Both the position numbers and the translations under genes were made by a program. A DNA stretch of 64,000 bases from Jimgerdemannia flammicorona. Its lineage: Eukaryota. A model generated the notes under the pieces. The model did no database searches and was not told the origin of the DNA. It saw only the letters and a program-made list of their open reading frames with translations. The stretch is taken from assembly GCA_003990765.1 (NCBI GenBank), contig RBNJ01000005.1, positions 1 to 64,000 of the forward strand. Reading direction: 5' to 3'. Shown piece after piece: positions 1-10,660 of the stretch. The number at the start of each line of letters is the position of its first letter. Positions within the stretch are counted from its first letter, which is position 1.

Positions 1-330
1 CCATCTCAATCATCTGTCCATCTCATCTCAATCATCCATCCCATCCCAATCATCCATCCCATCCCAATCATCTGTCCATCTCATCTCAATTGTCCATCCC
101 ATCCCAATCATCCATCCCATCCCAATCATCTGTCTGTCTTGTCTCAATCATCCATCCTGTCCGAATCATCCATCCATCTCGTCTCAATCATCCATCCTGT
201 CCCAATCATCTGTCCATCTTGTCTCAATCATCCATCCTGTCCCAATTGTCTGTTCATCTCATCTCAATTGTCTATCCTGTCTCAATTGTCCATTCTGTCT
301 CAATCATCTATCCCATCCTAATCATCAGAT
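1..330. repeat. Degenerate minisatellite, ~20-24 bp unit (ccatctyrtctcaatcatc-like)
   Basis: Recurrent 'tctcaatcatccatc / cccaatcatctgtc' units; runs off the window start. Confidence 0.9.
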
Positions 331-479
331 CACAATTTTGACCTTACACTAAAGCCAGATTTGCTACCTCTATGATTTTAAAATTTATCAGGCCTGAAGA
401 GAAATTTGGTGAAAAACTAAATATATTTGATAGAGTTATTTATATAAATAGGCAGCTAACTCATGCCTTGGCTAAATAA

Positions 480-2355
480 TATTCTGAGAGACATAGTGAT
501 GTAAATGATATTTTTTAATATCATTTTCTGCATTGGCCAATACAAGTCCCTTTTGATATGCATTCATATATTTTTGTGAATGATATGCATATTTTCTAAT
601 TGTAATAAGATCAACAGAGGCCAAAGCTTTTGGAATATTCTGCTTTAGTCCAGTCTATGTATAATTGTAATGAGTTCCAAATATTATAATTATAATTTAA
701 TAATATATTACATACCTGCAATACTTTTTTACACTACTCCAAAAATATTCAATATAATTGAGTTCACAATGAAACTTAGGATAAAAAATGCATTTATGAT
801 CCAAGTTTTCAATGACTTCTTGAACAAGTGACTTCTGTGCTTTAAAATCTTCTTGAAGAGATAGAATTTGTACTGTACAACAATCTTCTGTCTTGCATTT
901 TTCTTTGCATTTTCTTCTTAAATCTTCTCTCCAAAGATTTCTTTCTTTAAGTACTTGTTTCAAGCCCTTTGCTTTACCATGCAGTTTAACAATTTCATAT
1001 TTTGATAAAAACATCATTTCTTGAGTGATATTGTTAAACTTTGTAGTTCTCATAAGTGGCTGTTTTCCACTAGGTCCAAGGTTCATCTTGTGAGCAAATA
1101 AAGCATCTGATGCATATATTGAATATCCTTGACTATGATCAAATGCAAATATTGCTACATAGTTAGGATAAATAGTATTGAAAATTGGAATAGCTTGGTC
1201 TTTAATCTAATAATATAATATTAATTTATATATTAAGTTTTTTTTTATTTAATCTATTTACTAAATTTAATTATTATTATAAATATACATATGTATCTAA
1301 TCTATTAGATCATTTTCAGTTCAATAACTTTTCTTAGCTTTTCCAATTTCGAGTAGACAATAAGCTTCTCTTGGAGGCTTTGGACTCTTCATATCTTTAT
1401 ATTGTTCTTCAGATATAGCCAACCTTCTAACAGTATTTAGTAGAAAGTCACTAACCATTATACTAGCACCTCTACTTTTTTTTCTTAGAGGAAATTGTCC
1501 TTTTGGTCCCCATCCATAGTTTAGATCATCATTAGAATTGAAAGAAGCCTCATAATGTGTCACCAGAATATATTGTTGTCCAAGAGGAATATTATGTTGT
1601 AATGGTTGAAAATCTTCATCATATTGAACCATAAATGGTTTCCAGTCAGCCATCTGCTTTAAAAATTGTTCACGAGATACTTTGACATCATCTCTTTCAT
1701 GACCATTAACATAAAGTCCTTTTCTATGCCTACTGTAAGTATAGCCCATCTTTAGCATCTATCTTCTTACTATATCTTCATGAATTTTTATAGATTCTAC
1801 TGATATTGACAAAATCTCTTCTTCTAAATGTTTTTTAAGAAATTTTGGAATAGTAGTAAACTTATTCTTTTCTAAATAAGTTTTAACTATAAGTTTAATG
1901 TTTTTATCTTTAAGACGACTTTTCTTCTTAGTATGTTTTCCTTACTGAGAGATAGGAAGAGTTCTGTTGTTAATCCAATCTTGTGTCCATCTTCTCAAAA
2001 ACTTTGTATAGTATAAGCCTTTGTTGATACTTTCTACAATTAGTTGACTAGCTTGAGAAGCACTCTTATTATTATTTCTAAATACTATATATTGTGATAT
2101 ATGATGATATTTTAGAATATAATTTAGAGATAAATTCTCTAAACTCTTCATGTGAACTTTAAGTGCAGTAATGTGAGGCTCCCAGCTACTATCAACTTTT
2201 TTATCTTTGTCTTTATCATCATCTTCATCATCTTCTTTATCATTATCTTCGTCATCATCACTATCTTCATCTTTATCTATATTCTCATCTTCTTCTTCCT
2301 TATTATCTTCATTATCTTCATTATCTTCATCTTCTCTCTTATTATCATTATCTAT
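480..2355 (-). pseudogene. Decayed fungal IS630-Tc1-mariner-type DDE transposase
   Basis: Collinear fragments GLYVNGHERDDV, LVTHYEASF, RGASIMVSDFL (1321-1758), FAFDHS (~1135-1152), KGLKQVLKER and FYPKFHCELNYIEYFW (697-1086); stops, AT-rich intron-like gaps, acidic low-complexity tract at 2190-2355; ends approximate, TIRs not found. Confidence 0.75.
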
Positions 2356-2959
2356 TGTGACGTTGGTTATGTATAATGAACTTCGACTGCATGGCTCAAT
2401 GGTGTCACTTGGTGAAGCACGCGATGTATAACTGAAGGCGTTGGTGACGTTCGCGGGTTGATGGTCACGTGACAGGTCGTTTGATTCATGCGATAATAGC
2501 GGGAAAATGGGTTTGATGGCTCACTCGTCCATCTTGACTTGTTAGGTGAATGACGACGGTGCTGGCTTTCCTAAGCTAAGTATCCTTGGGTTCCTTGTTC
2601 TGGTTCAATGCACGGCTCAGTCTTCTGGTGGCAGCTAACTTGGCGGCAAACTCAGCGATGACGGTCTTGACTTTAAACGGTTCGTGGCGCAGTAGGTCGG
2701 GAATCGGTCGACAGCTCGCTTGTCCGTTTTGTTTAGCTTGAAAGGGCGGGATAACTTGGGTCTTTGGCGGTCGTTCGGGTATCTTGGCGGGTCTTAGGCT
2801 ATGGTCTTGTTTGGCTGGGTATCCTTGGGTTTCCGGGTCTTGAATCTCGAATGGCGGTCGAATGCGGGGTCCGAATGGCGGTCCGAATGGCGGTCTGGTC
2901 TTGAATCCTTGGCTGGGTCTCAGGTCTCGAATGGCGGCGGTCAGGTAACGTTTTCTTTC

Positions 2960-3785
2960 CATGGCAAGAGAAAATTCTTTAACTCAAACTTCCGAGCAAT
3001 CCGTTGCTCTAGGTTGTTATCTTGTTCTCAGAATTTATCCGGTCTCTTGGAGGCAGTGTGTTTTCTCTGTAAAACTATCTGGCTGACTTGCGGGCGGTCC
3101 GTGGTCTTGAATCCTTTTCATGGCGGCAAAACTTGAAATTCAGGTGACAAGAGAAATTCCTTAACTCAAACTTTCGAGCGATCCGTTGCTCTAGTTATTT
3201 TGTTCTCGGAATTCCGTTCTCTTGGAGGCAGTGTGTTTTCTCTGTAAAACTGTCTGACTGACTTGCGGGCGGTCCATGGTCTTGAATCCTTTTCGTGGCG
3301 GCAAAACTTGAAATTCGGGCGGCAAGAGAAATCCCTTAACTCAAACTTTCGAGTGATCTGTTGCTCTAGTTATTTTGTTCTCGGAATTCCATTCTCTTGG
3401 AGGCAGTGTGTTTTCTCTGTAAAACTGTCTGACTGACTTGCGGGCGGTCTGTGGTCTTGAATCCTTTTCGTGGCGGCAAAACTTGAAATTCAGGTGGCAA
3501 GAGAAATTCCTTAACTCAAACTTTCGAGTGATCCGTTGCTCTAGTTATTTTGTTCTCGGAATTCCGTTCTCTTGGAGGCAGTGTGTTTTCTCTGTAAAAC
3601 TGTCTGACTGACTTGCGGGCGGTCCGTGGTCTTGAATCCTTTTCGTGGCGGCAAAACTTGAAATTCGGGCGGCAAGAGAAATTCCTTAACTCAAACTTTC
3701 GAGCGATCCGTTGCTCTAGTTATTTTGTTCTCGGAATTCCGTTCTCTTAGAGGCAGTGTGTTTTCTCTGTAAAACTGTCTGACTG
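2960..3785. repeat. Tandem array of ~4.7 x 175-bp units in the R/U5 part of the solo LTR
   Basis: 'aaacttgaaattc' recurs at ~3130, 3305, 3480, 3655; units nearly identical. Confidence 0.92.
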
Positions 3786-3820
3786 AGGTTTATTCACTCT
3801 AAGAATATGGGTTATTTATA
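3786..3820 (-). promoter_or_regulatory. TATA box and AATAAA poly(A) signal of the solo LTR
   Basis: Minus strand reads TATAAATAAC...AGAGTGAATAAACCTC; same arrangement in family B LTRs. Confidence 0.6.
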
Positions 3821-3944
3821 CAAGTTTGCTAGCTATGGGGAGAGGGGGCACAACTAAGGCTAAGGTATACTACATTGTGGTGAACTTATGCTATTGGTTT
3901 GCACGATGCGAGGTGCAGGCTATTGTTTACTACGGATTGGGTTG

Positions 3945-4160
3945 TAGGGGATAGCAATGCTGGATTCAGACCTGCTGACAAAATGCTGAAAACGGTGGTA
4001 CTGGGTAGCAATGCTGGATTCAGATGAGCTGACATGATACGATGATTGTTGCCAGAAATGGTTGTGGAGGGTGGTAACACTGAATTCAGACCTGCTGACA
4101 AAATGCTGAAAATGGTGGTACTGGGTAGCAATACTGGATTCGGATAAGCTGACATGAGCT
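3945..4160. repeat. Imperfect ~55-65 bp tandem repeats in U3 of the solo LTR
   Basis: 'tagcaatgctggattcaga..gctgaca' recurs about 4 times. Confidence 0.8.
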
Positions 4161-4187
4161 GGGTTCTCACAGCTGATGGGCGGTACT

Positions 4188-5249
4188 CTAGAGGAAATAG
4201 TACCCTTCGTCCGTGGCAGGCAAATCTTGCCGGGTTGTGATTTCTTCTTCATCATATCTCTCCTCAAAAGGGGGAAGCGCCGGCCAAGAGGTGAGGGGGT
4301 AGAAAAGTGGCCAGTCATCTTCAACAATATTCTCCAACCCTTGAACAGCTTGAATGTGGACAGAGGACTGGTAGACTCTCTGTTGCTCCTCTTCTTCTTC
4401 TGAAGGCTCGTCAGTTTCAGTGTCAGAGGGGGTTTCTTCAGGGGCAGGGTCTTGGAGTTCTTGGGCCTCCTCTTCAAAGACAGGAACTTCTTGGGCTTCT
4501 TCTTGATTCGGTTCCCAAATGATGAGGTGTGAATTGTGGCTAACAGGGTGGTGGGTGGTTGGGGTAGCTCCAACAGGTGTCTCTATAGTGATGGGCAGTC
4601 CTTCAAATATCTCCATAAGACTCATTAGGTGACCTTGATGGTTGCCTCGGAGCGGGGTGGTGTGGAAACCTGGCTGAGTAGGTTCGGTTTGTTGGCTTCC
4701 TACAGCGACGCGGTTGCTGCCAATAGCATTGGCTACTTCAGATTCTATCCAGTCAGCATCTTCAGTTGAAAGGTGGGAGAGGCTGCCAGCTGTTACTCCT
4801 TGCAAGTGTGCTATAGCCCAGGGAATATGGCGGAAGATTTGATGGACACGGAGGGCTCTCTTGATTAGCCGGCTAGTGGTTATCAATTCGGTAATGAGGC
4901 CTTCCCGGTCATCTTCTTGAGTCTCATTGCGAAGGCGGTGTCCGATTTCATAGTCATGCCAGAGGGTCATTCGTTCGGTAGTGTCTTTGAGCTGTTGGGT
5001 CATTATATACTGGTAGTTGATGAAGTGTCCAAGGTCCTCAGTGTAGAAGTTCAGGTGTTCAGAAGTATCTGGGCACCAGATGGCCTTCTTGATAGCTTCA
5101 AAGATCAGGGTCTTTGGGCCAGGCAAAGGGGTAGAGCGGCGGGAGGTCTGGTTGGATCGGCGAATAGGAGGCATTGTGTAGTGGGTACTTGGTTCTTTGG
5201 TGCTGATCCCTGAGATGGAGTATGGTTCCTTAAATAATGTGGTCTTCAT
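4188..5249 (-). CDS. Intact 353-aa accessory protein of unknown function inside the solo LTR (U3)
   Basis: ATG-to-stop uninterrupted ORF; core YEIGHRL...ALRVHQIF...IAHLQGVT and long acidic C-terminus. Confidence 0.75.
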   Translation of the reverse strand: MKTTLFKEPYSISGISTKEPSTHYTMPPIRRSNQTSRRSTPLPGPKTLIFEAIKKAIWCPDTSEHLNFYTEDLGHFINYQYIMTQQLKDTTERMTLWHDYEIGHRLRNETQEDDREGLITELITTSRLIKRALRVHQIFRHIPWAIAHLQGVTAGSLSHLSTEDADWIESEVANAIGSNRVAVGSQQTEPTQPGFHTTPLRGNHQGHLMSLMEIFEGLPITIETPVGATPTTHHPVSHNSHLIIWEPNQEEAQEVPVFEEEAQELQDPAPEETPSDTETDEPSEEEEEQQRVYQSSVHIQAVQGLENIVEDDWPLFYPLTSWPALPPFEERYDEEEITTRQDLPATDEGYYFL

Positions 5250-5569
5250 TTTGACTCAGATCATCTTGTCTTCTTTTGGGATGATCACCTAATGGGTCAG
5301 GCTGTCTATTTGATTGTCACGCCATTATGTCATCTGATCTTAGCAGTCACCGGTACTCCGTTGTCAATTGCTTATGTCACACTATATTATAATCATAATT
5401 AGAATTATAATTAATATATTATTAATATTATAAATATTTATATACCTATAATTTCTTCCTCAAGTTTATAATATCTTAAAACTTGTAAGTGTTGGTTTTA
5501 TTTAGCTAGTCTTGGTATTTTGTTATAACTAAAAAATATAAATTTAATAATTTAGTAAAATCTATAGAC

Positions 5570-5953
5570 CTATCTTATCTCAATCATCTATCCAGTCCCA
5601 TCTTGTCTCAATCATCCATCTCATCTCAATTGTCTGTCTTGTCTTGTCTCAATTGTCCATCCATCTTATCTCAATCATCCATCTGTCTTGTCTCAATCAT
5701 CTGTCTGTCTCATCTCAATTATCCATCAATCTTGCCTCAATTGTCTGTCCATCTCATCTCAATCATCCATCCATCTCACCTCAATCATCCATCTATCTTG
5801 TCCCAATTGTCCATCCATCTTGTCTCAATCATCCATCCATCTTGTCTCAATTGTCTGTCCATCTCATCTCAATCGTCCATCTGTCTTGCCTCAATTGTCT
5901 GTCTGTCTCATCTCAATTGTCCATCTATCTCATCTCAATCATCTGTCTGTCTG
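5570..5953. repeat. Second block of the same minisatellite as 1-330
   Basis: Same 'tctcaatcatccatc / tctcaattgtctgtc' units, same orientation; cut by the LTR at 5954. Confidence 0.9.
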
Positions 5954-7437
5954 TGTAAGAGGGTTGCTTTTTAGGGTAACTGTTACATAGTTCTGAAAGG
6001 GTTTTCTGGAAGTTCTGAATATTCTGGAAGACTGTTTTCTTATGGTCAAGATCAATTTTGTATGGAGTACATCCTCTACACTTATTGATTTCAAGATCGG
6101 GTTGATGTCTCAACCAAAGTCCTTTCTCAGACTAGTTCTGGATGTTCAGGATTTTCCATATTTCAGGAAGTTCAAGAAACTAAGACCAGCTTAGTTGAAT
6201 TGGCGTATCGCTGCAGACAATACCCAATTAGGAAATTTCGTGATGGGGTTAGGAGTGGGACCTAACAGGGAGTGGATTTACTTAAGAGTAGTTTGTGGGT
6301 TATTAAATAGGTTTATTTGCTATTCATGATATTGCTATACTAGGAGTATTTGTATGAAGAGATATTGTGGGGAAGTGCTCAGGAGTTGTGTTCAGATTGT
6401 TCAGGTCTGAGATTCTGAGGTCTGGGGGAGGGGGTATTTATACTAGTGAGGGGCTATCTGGGCTATGCTAGATATGGATGTAGCACTAAGTGCCTTGCTG
6501 AGTCGGAATACAGTCACATAGTATAAGTGTGATCTGACATATCAAGAGATCATCTGACTGCTGAGTCAGTTCACAGTCACATCATACAAGGCTAATCTAT
6601 CTATACTATGACTGCTAAGCTATTTATAGATTTAGGTGCTGTCTGGTTAGTCTTTAATGACATCACTATTGATGACATCATCGCTGGCAAAGTCTGAGCA
6701 GTTTTCTGACTTCTGATATCATCAGTTTCAAGATGTCGTCACTTCTATCTCTTGCAAGATTAAGGCTATCCTTGGTGGTGGTGGTTGTACAAGGATAACA
6801 GGTCTTGGTTCTCTTTTTTTTTGGTCTGCTGGTGTATTTGTGAGGACTGGCCATTCTCGTCTAGGGCGAGGGCTCCCAATGTTGCAGCTGGGGGTTCGAA
6901 TCTCTCAGAAATGATATTTTCTATAATCTGAGGCAATTTCTAGTAGTAATATCTATCACATGGATGGCTTGAGATTGGTTTCGATATTGTCGGCTTTCTT
7001 GAGTTCAGATGAAATGTCCATCACTCTCCAATGGAGGTAATACAGATAGAGCAAATGGAGTTGTTCAAATGTGTTTTGCTTCTGCTAAGTAATGAGGTCT
7101 TGTATAGCTGTGGTGTATCCTGGTCTTGAGTTGATAAGTACAGTTTGTGAACCTTTTGGTAGATGAGATAGGGTTCTTCTTATCTCAATTTGAGTTTGGT
7201 ACTTTCGGTTTCCCTTTGTAATAGTACAGTATACCAAACTAGTTATAGCAGTTCAGAGTCAGTTTTATCGTTATAGGACTTCTTCTAGTATTCTTGTATC
7301 TTGGTGGTGGGTTCTCGTGCTTGCTGGCATATTTCATATAACCAGATGATCTCTTGTTTTGTAGTCTCGCATATGGTTTTCGAATTAGTTCTGAGGATGC
7401 CATGCGATTTTGGTGGCTTGGAGGTTGTGCGCTTACA
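5954..7437 (-). repeat. 3' LTR of A1 (1,484 bp, short-U3 type)
   Basis: TGTAAG...CTTACA termini; reverse complement of 10661-12144. Confidence 0.95.
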
Positions 7438-9867
7438 ACTCTCCCCTTCTTAGCTTTTGACATCCTTGTTGGGGCCTTCTAATTTGTTCTGGTGTTGTTG
7501 TACCATTTGGATGGTTCTTGTGGCTGTATTTGTTGAGGATTTGTTCAACTTTGTATTCTTCTTGGTCATTAATGATGATAGGTGCAAGTGGTTCTGTAGT
7601 TCGGTTCAGAAATATGTCTTGGACCTTCTGGAGTAGTGGTCTGACATGGCTGTCAACTTTGGAAAAGTCTTCTTCAGAGTTCTCAGGTTCTCCTTTGGAT
7701 GGACAGATGGAGATAGCAAAGAGAGGGCATTTCTTGGCTAATTTCTTGAGTTGTAGCTTGTTGATGTGGGTGATCCTTGGTCCAGGGTCACTAGAGTTGA
7801 GTGGGTCCTTTTTGCCTTGCAGCTTGAAGTTGTGGCGTCCTTTCTTGATGGTCAGAGAATGATTTACCCAATCGATCATAGGGTTCTCTTGTTTTAACCA
7901 TGGAGTTCCAAGGATGATTTCATTGTCAGGGAGTGGTATGATCTGGAGAGTAACATGTACTCGATAGTCACCAATTCGGAAGGGTAGATTGTGGACTTCC
8001 TTGCTAATAACATGGGAGGTTCCATCAGCTGTAGCAACTGCTTGAGTTTGTTATACCAGAGAGGTGAAGACCTTGAGTCTATTGGCTATTTATTCATTGA
8101 TGAAGTTGCCTGAGGCACCACTGTCTATCATAATCTTGACAGGTGCTCAGTTGATAAAAGCCTTAAGTGTAAGCAGTTTGTCTGATCCAATGGTGGTGAT
8201 TTCGGTTGTAGGAACTTTCCTTCTGTTGGTTCTTTTTTGAGCCAGTTCATTGACACAAGAGAAGCAATTATCAATCATTCGGAAAGAGTACATTCCAATG
8301 CCATGGGGACATTGGCCACTTGGTACATATCCATCTTCGATTTTCTTATAGAATTGTTCTTCTTTATTCATGGTAGCTTGGGCTGGGGCCTTGTTTAATG
8401 AGCCAAATCCTTTGGATCCTCAGATGGTAGTAGCAGTTCAGAGACTTCCTTGACTGTCAGAGTTGACTCAATTTTCTCGAATAGGATCTGGGCAATGTAA
8501 AAACCTATGGGAATCTTGAAGGGTGTCCAACTATGATTTCGGATGAGGACAATAATTTCACCTGTGTAATCTTCGTCAATGACTCCTCCTTCTACTGAGA
8601 GTCCTTTCAATGCTAGGCTGCTGTGATAGCATATTCTTCCAATATGTCCTTTGGGGATTTGGATACTGATTCCTGTGTAGACTTGCTTGACTTCTCAGTT
8701 GGAAACTGTAGCTTCTTCGGCGGCATACAGGTCATATCCAGCTGCTTTTTGACTTCCTTTGGTTGAGGCCTTAGCAGTTTGTCTTAACTTGACAAAGTCC
8801 AGTATTCTGGTGGTCAGATTGTTGAGGTAGTGCAGAGTGGTAACAGTTGCTCGTGTTGCTGTTCGGGGTTTTTGGTTGGGGCAGGCACTGGCCATGTGTC
8901 CTGTCTTTTGGCAATAGAAGCATGCTCCGCTTCTTCGAAGTTCATTCCTTTCTCCTTCAGTGAGTTTCTTGAAGGTACTCGGCTGGGTGGGTTCATGATT
9001 TCGGGGTGTCCAAGAGGTGGATGTTGAGGGAGCTCGGGATGCTTCATGCTTGGGTTCTTCTTTTTTGGTCCAAGTCTTTTCCTTGTTGTTGAATTGTCTT
9101 CAGGGCAGAATTGGTCCAGCTGTTAGAATTTGTTTGACCATGGTCTTGATTCTTACCAGGCACCATTGTTGGTGATTGCAACCAACTGGGCGGCCTTGTT
9201 CACGGATTTTTCTGGTAAGCCATTCAGGTAGTGCATTGAATAGGTGGTCTGCTCTTGTACCATTTCGTGCTTCATCATTGGCAATGTATCCTAGGCCAAT
9301 GGTGTTCAGGAGTGACTCAAGTTTTGTACAGAAGGTTTCGAATTCTTCTTTGCCATGTATATCAAATTTGAGGTTGCAGAGTTTTACTCGAGATTCAGCA
9401 ATCATGGTTTCGCTGCGGTATTGAGCAATCATAAGTTGTTTGAGTCCAGGGGCTGCAGGATGGGCTCCATATCCTGGGGCATTATTTGCTGCATTCTGAG
9501 CAACTACTGCAGGTTGGGTGTCCCATGTGAGGAGTTTTTCAGGAAGGGTTCCCCACCATTCTTCGGCGGGTCCTCGGAAGAATGTAACAACTCGGCGGAC
9601 ATAGGCTATAGTGGTAGCAAAGAGTTGTTCCAGAGTGTGGTCTTGATTGTTTATCAGAACACGGTCAGTAACTCGCTCATTGGTCCATTGATTGGCTTCG
9701 AAGTTGGTGTCAACTTTACTAATGAAGCTTTGGACTTCTTGTGCAGTACTATTGAAGGTAGATAGGCTCAGATTTTTGGTAGGTTGGGTCTGTTCGGCTA
9801 AGGCAGTAATGGTTGCTGCCATTATGGCTACCTGGGCTGTAAGGTCTAGAATTTGTTGGTTCGCCAT
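7433..9867 (-). pseudogene. gag-dUTPase-protease-partial chromodomain of A1
   Basis: Gag MANQQILDL; CCHC knuckle; dUTPase AAGYDLYA and GVIDEDYTGEI; protease IDSGASGNF; EEYKVEQILNK; scattered stops. Confidence 0.9.
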
Positions 9868-10660
9868 ATTGTTTACTAGAGGCAGTTGGACTGCTGGTAG
9901 TGGTGTTACTGGTACTACTTGAGGTACTGGTGCAGAGTGTGAGGGTGTTCTTTGGGTCTATATAAGTTGCTGGAGTAGTATTTGTGGGTCTGGAGTAAGG
10001 GCTTGATAGATAACCATTTGTTGTTGTGTTGGTGTGTTCTGGCCTGATGGAGGTGCGTCTCCTTCAGTGGTGTATCCGGGATCGAATTCACTGAGATACT
10101 CCTCCTCTTCTTCGGTTTGGTCCCCATGTAATTGGGTTTGCTCGGCATCAAAGTAGACAGAGTCAGTTGTATATCTGATTTCGGAAGGACTTAATTCAAA
10201 GTCAAGTTCTGGTTCTGTATTAGTTTCAGATTCAGGTAGGGCAGTGGCAGGGCCTGCTTCTGGTTCAGGATCCGGTAGCTGGTGAAGGGTTTCTCTTGCT
10301 TCTTCTTTAAGAATATGGCGGGCCTTGCTATTCTGGAATTAGTAGTATAACGCGGTCTTGGTCCTGGTACAGTGAAAGTTGGTAGAGTTGAGCCACTTGG
10401 CTACAGAGGCTTGGGCTTCATGAGGAACTAAGACTAGAAAGACTGCTGCTGGTTGTCCTAGGTTGCTTGGATTTGTAGAGCTGACAAAACTCTTGTTGAG
10501 AAGAGTAAAGAAGGCTTCTATAAGACCTTCTTCATCTTGACTTGCTGGGTGTAGTGCAAGGAGTTTGGTGAATAGGGTTTCACCTATTTGCTGGTTTAAT
10601 TGGAGTACTTCTTTCTTCAAATGAAGTTTGTCCCACTTGTTGTAGGTATGGAGGTCAAAT

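Larger units (their letters stand above)
2356..5381 (-). mobile_element. 3,026-bp solo LTR related to Ty3/Gypsy family B
   Basis: Termini TGTGAC...GTCACA; CTAT at 2352-2355 and 5382-5385 (4-bp TSD); shares 'gactgaggtttattcactct' (3781 vs ~36186, ~45052) and 'tggctcaatgg' (~2392 vs ~35133) with family B LTRs; no gag/pol, PBS or PPT. Confidence 0.8.

Noticed and set aside
1-330. Telomeric repeat
   Set aside because: Irregular degenerate units, also present internally at 5570-5953.
2152-2431. Poly-Ile/Phe and poly-Ser ORFs
   Set aside because: Antisense of an acidic low-complexity tract; they cross the solo-LTR junction.
2576-3136. Pro/Arg-rich ORFs in the solo LTR U5
   Set aside because: Driven by 12-bp GAATGGCGGTCC repeats and high GC; no domain features.
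2960-3785. CRISPR-like array
   Set aside because: Whole units repeat with no unique spacers, no cas genes, eukaryotic context.
90-5990. ORFs at 90-341, 139-321 and 5603-5990
   Set aside because: Translations of the minisatellite, open in several frames.
6850-6920. Bona fide tRNA gene
   Set aside because: Anticodon arm too short and acceptor pairing imperfect; kept only as a speculative motif.
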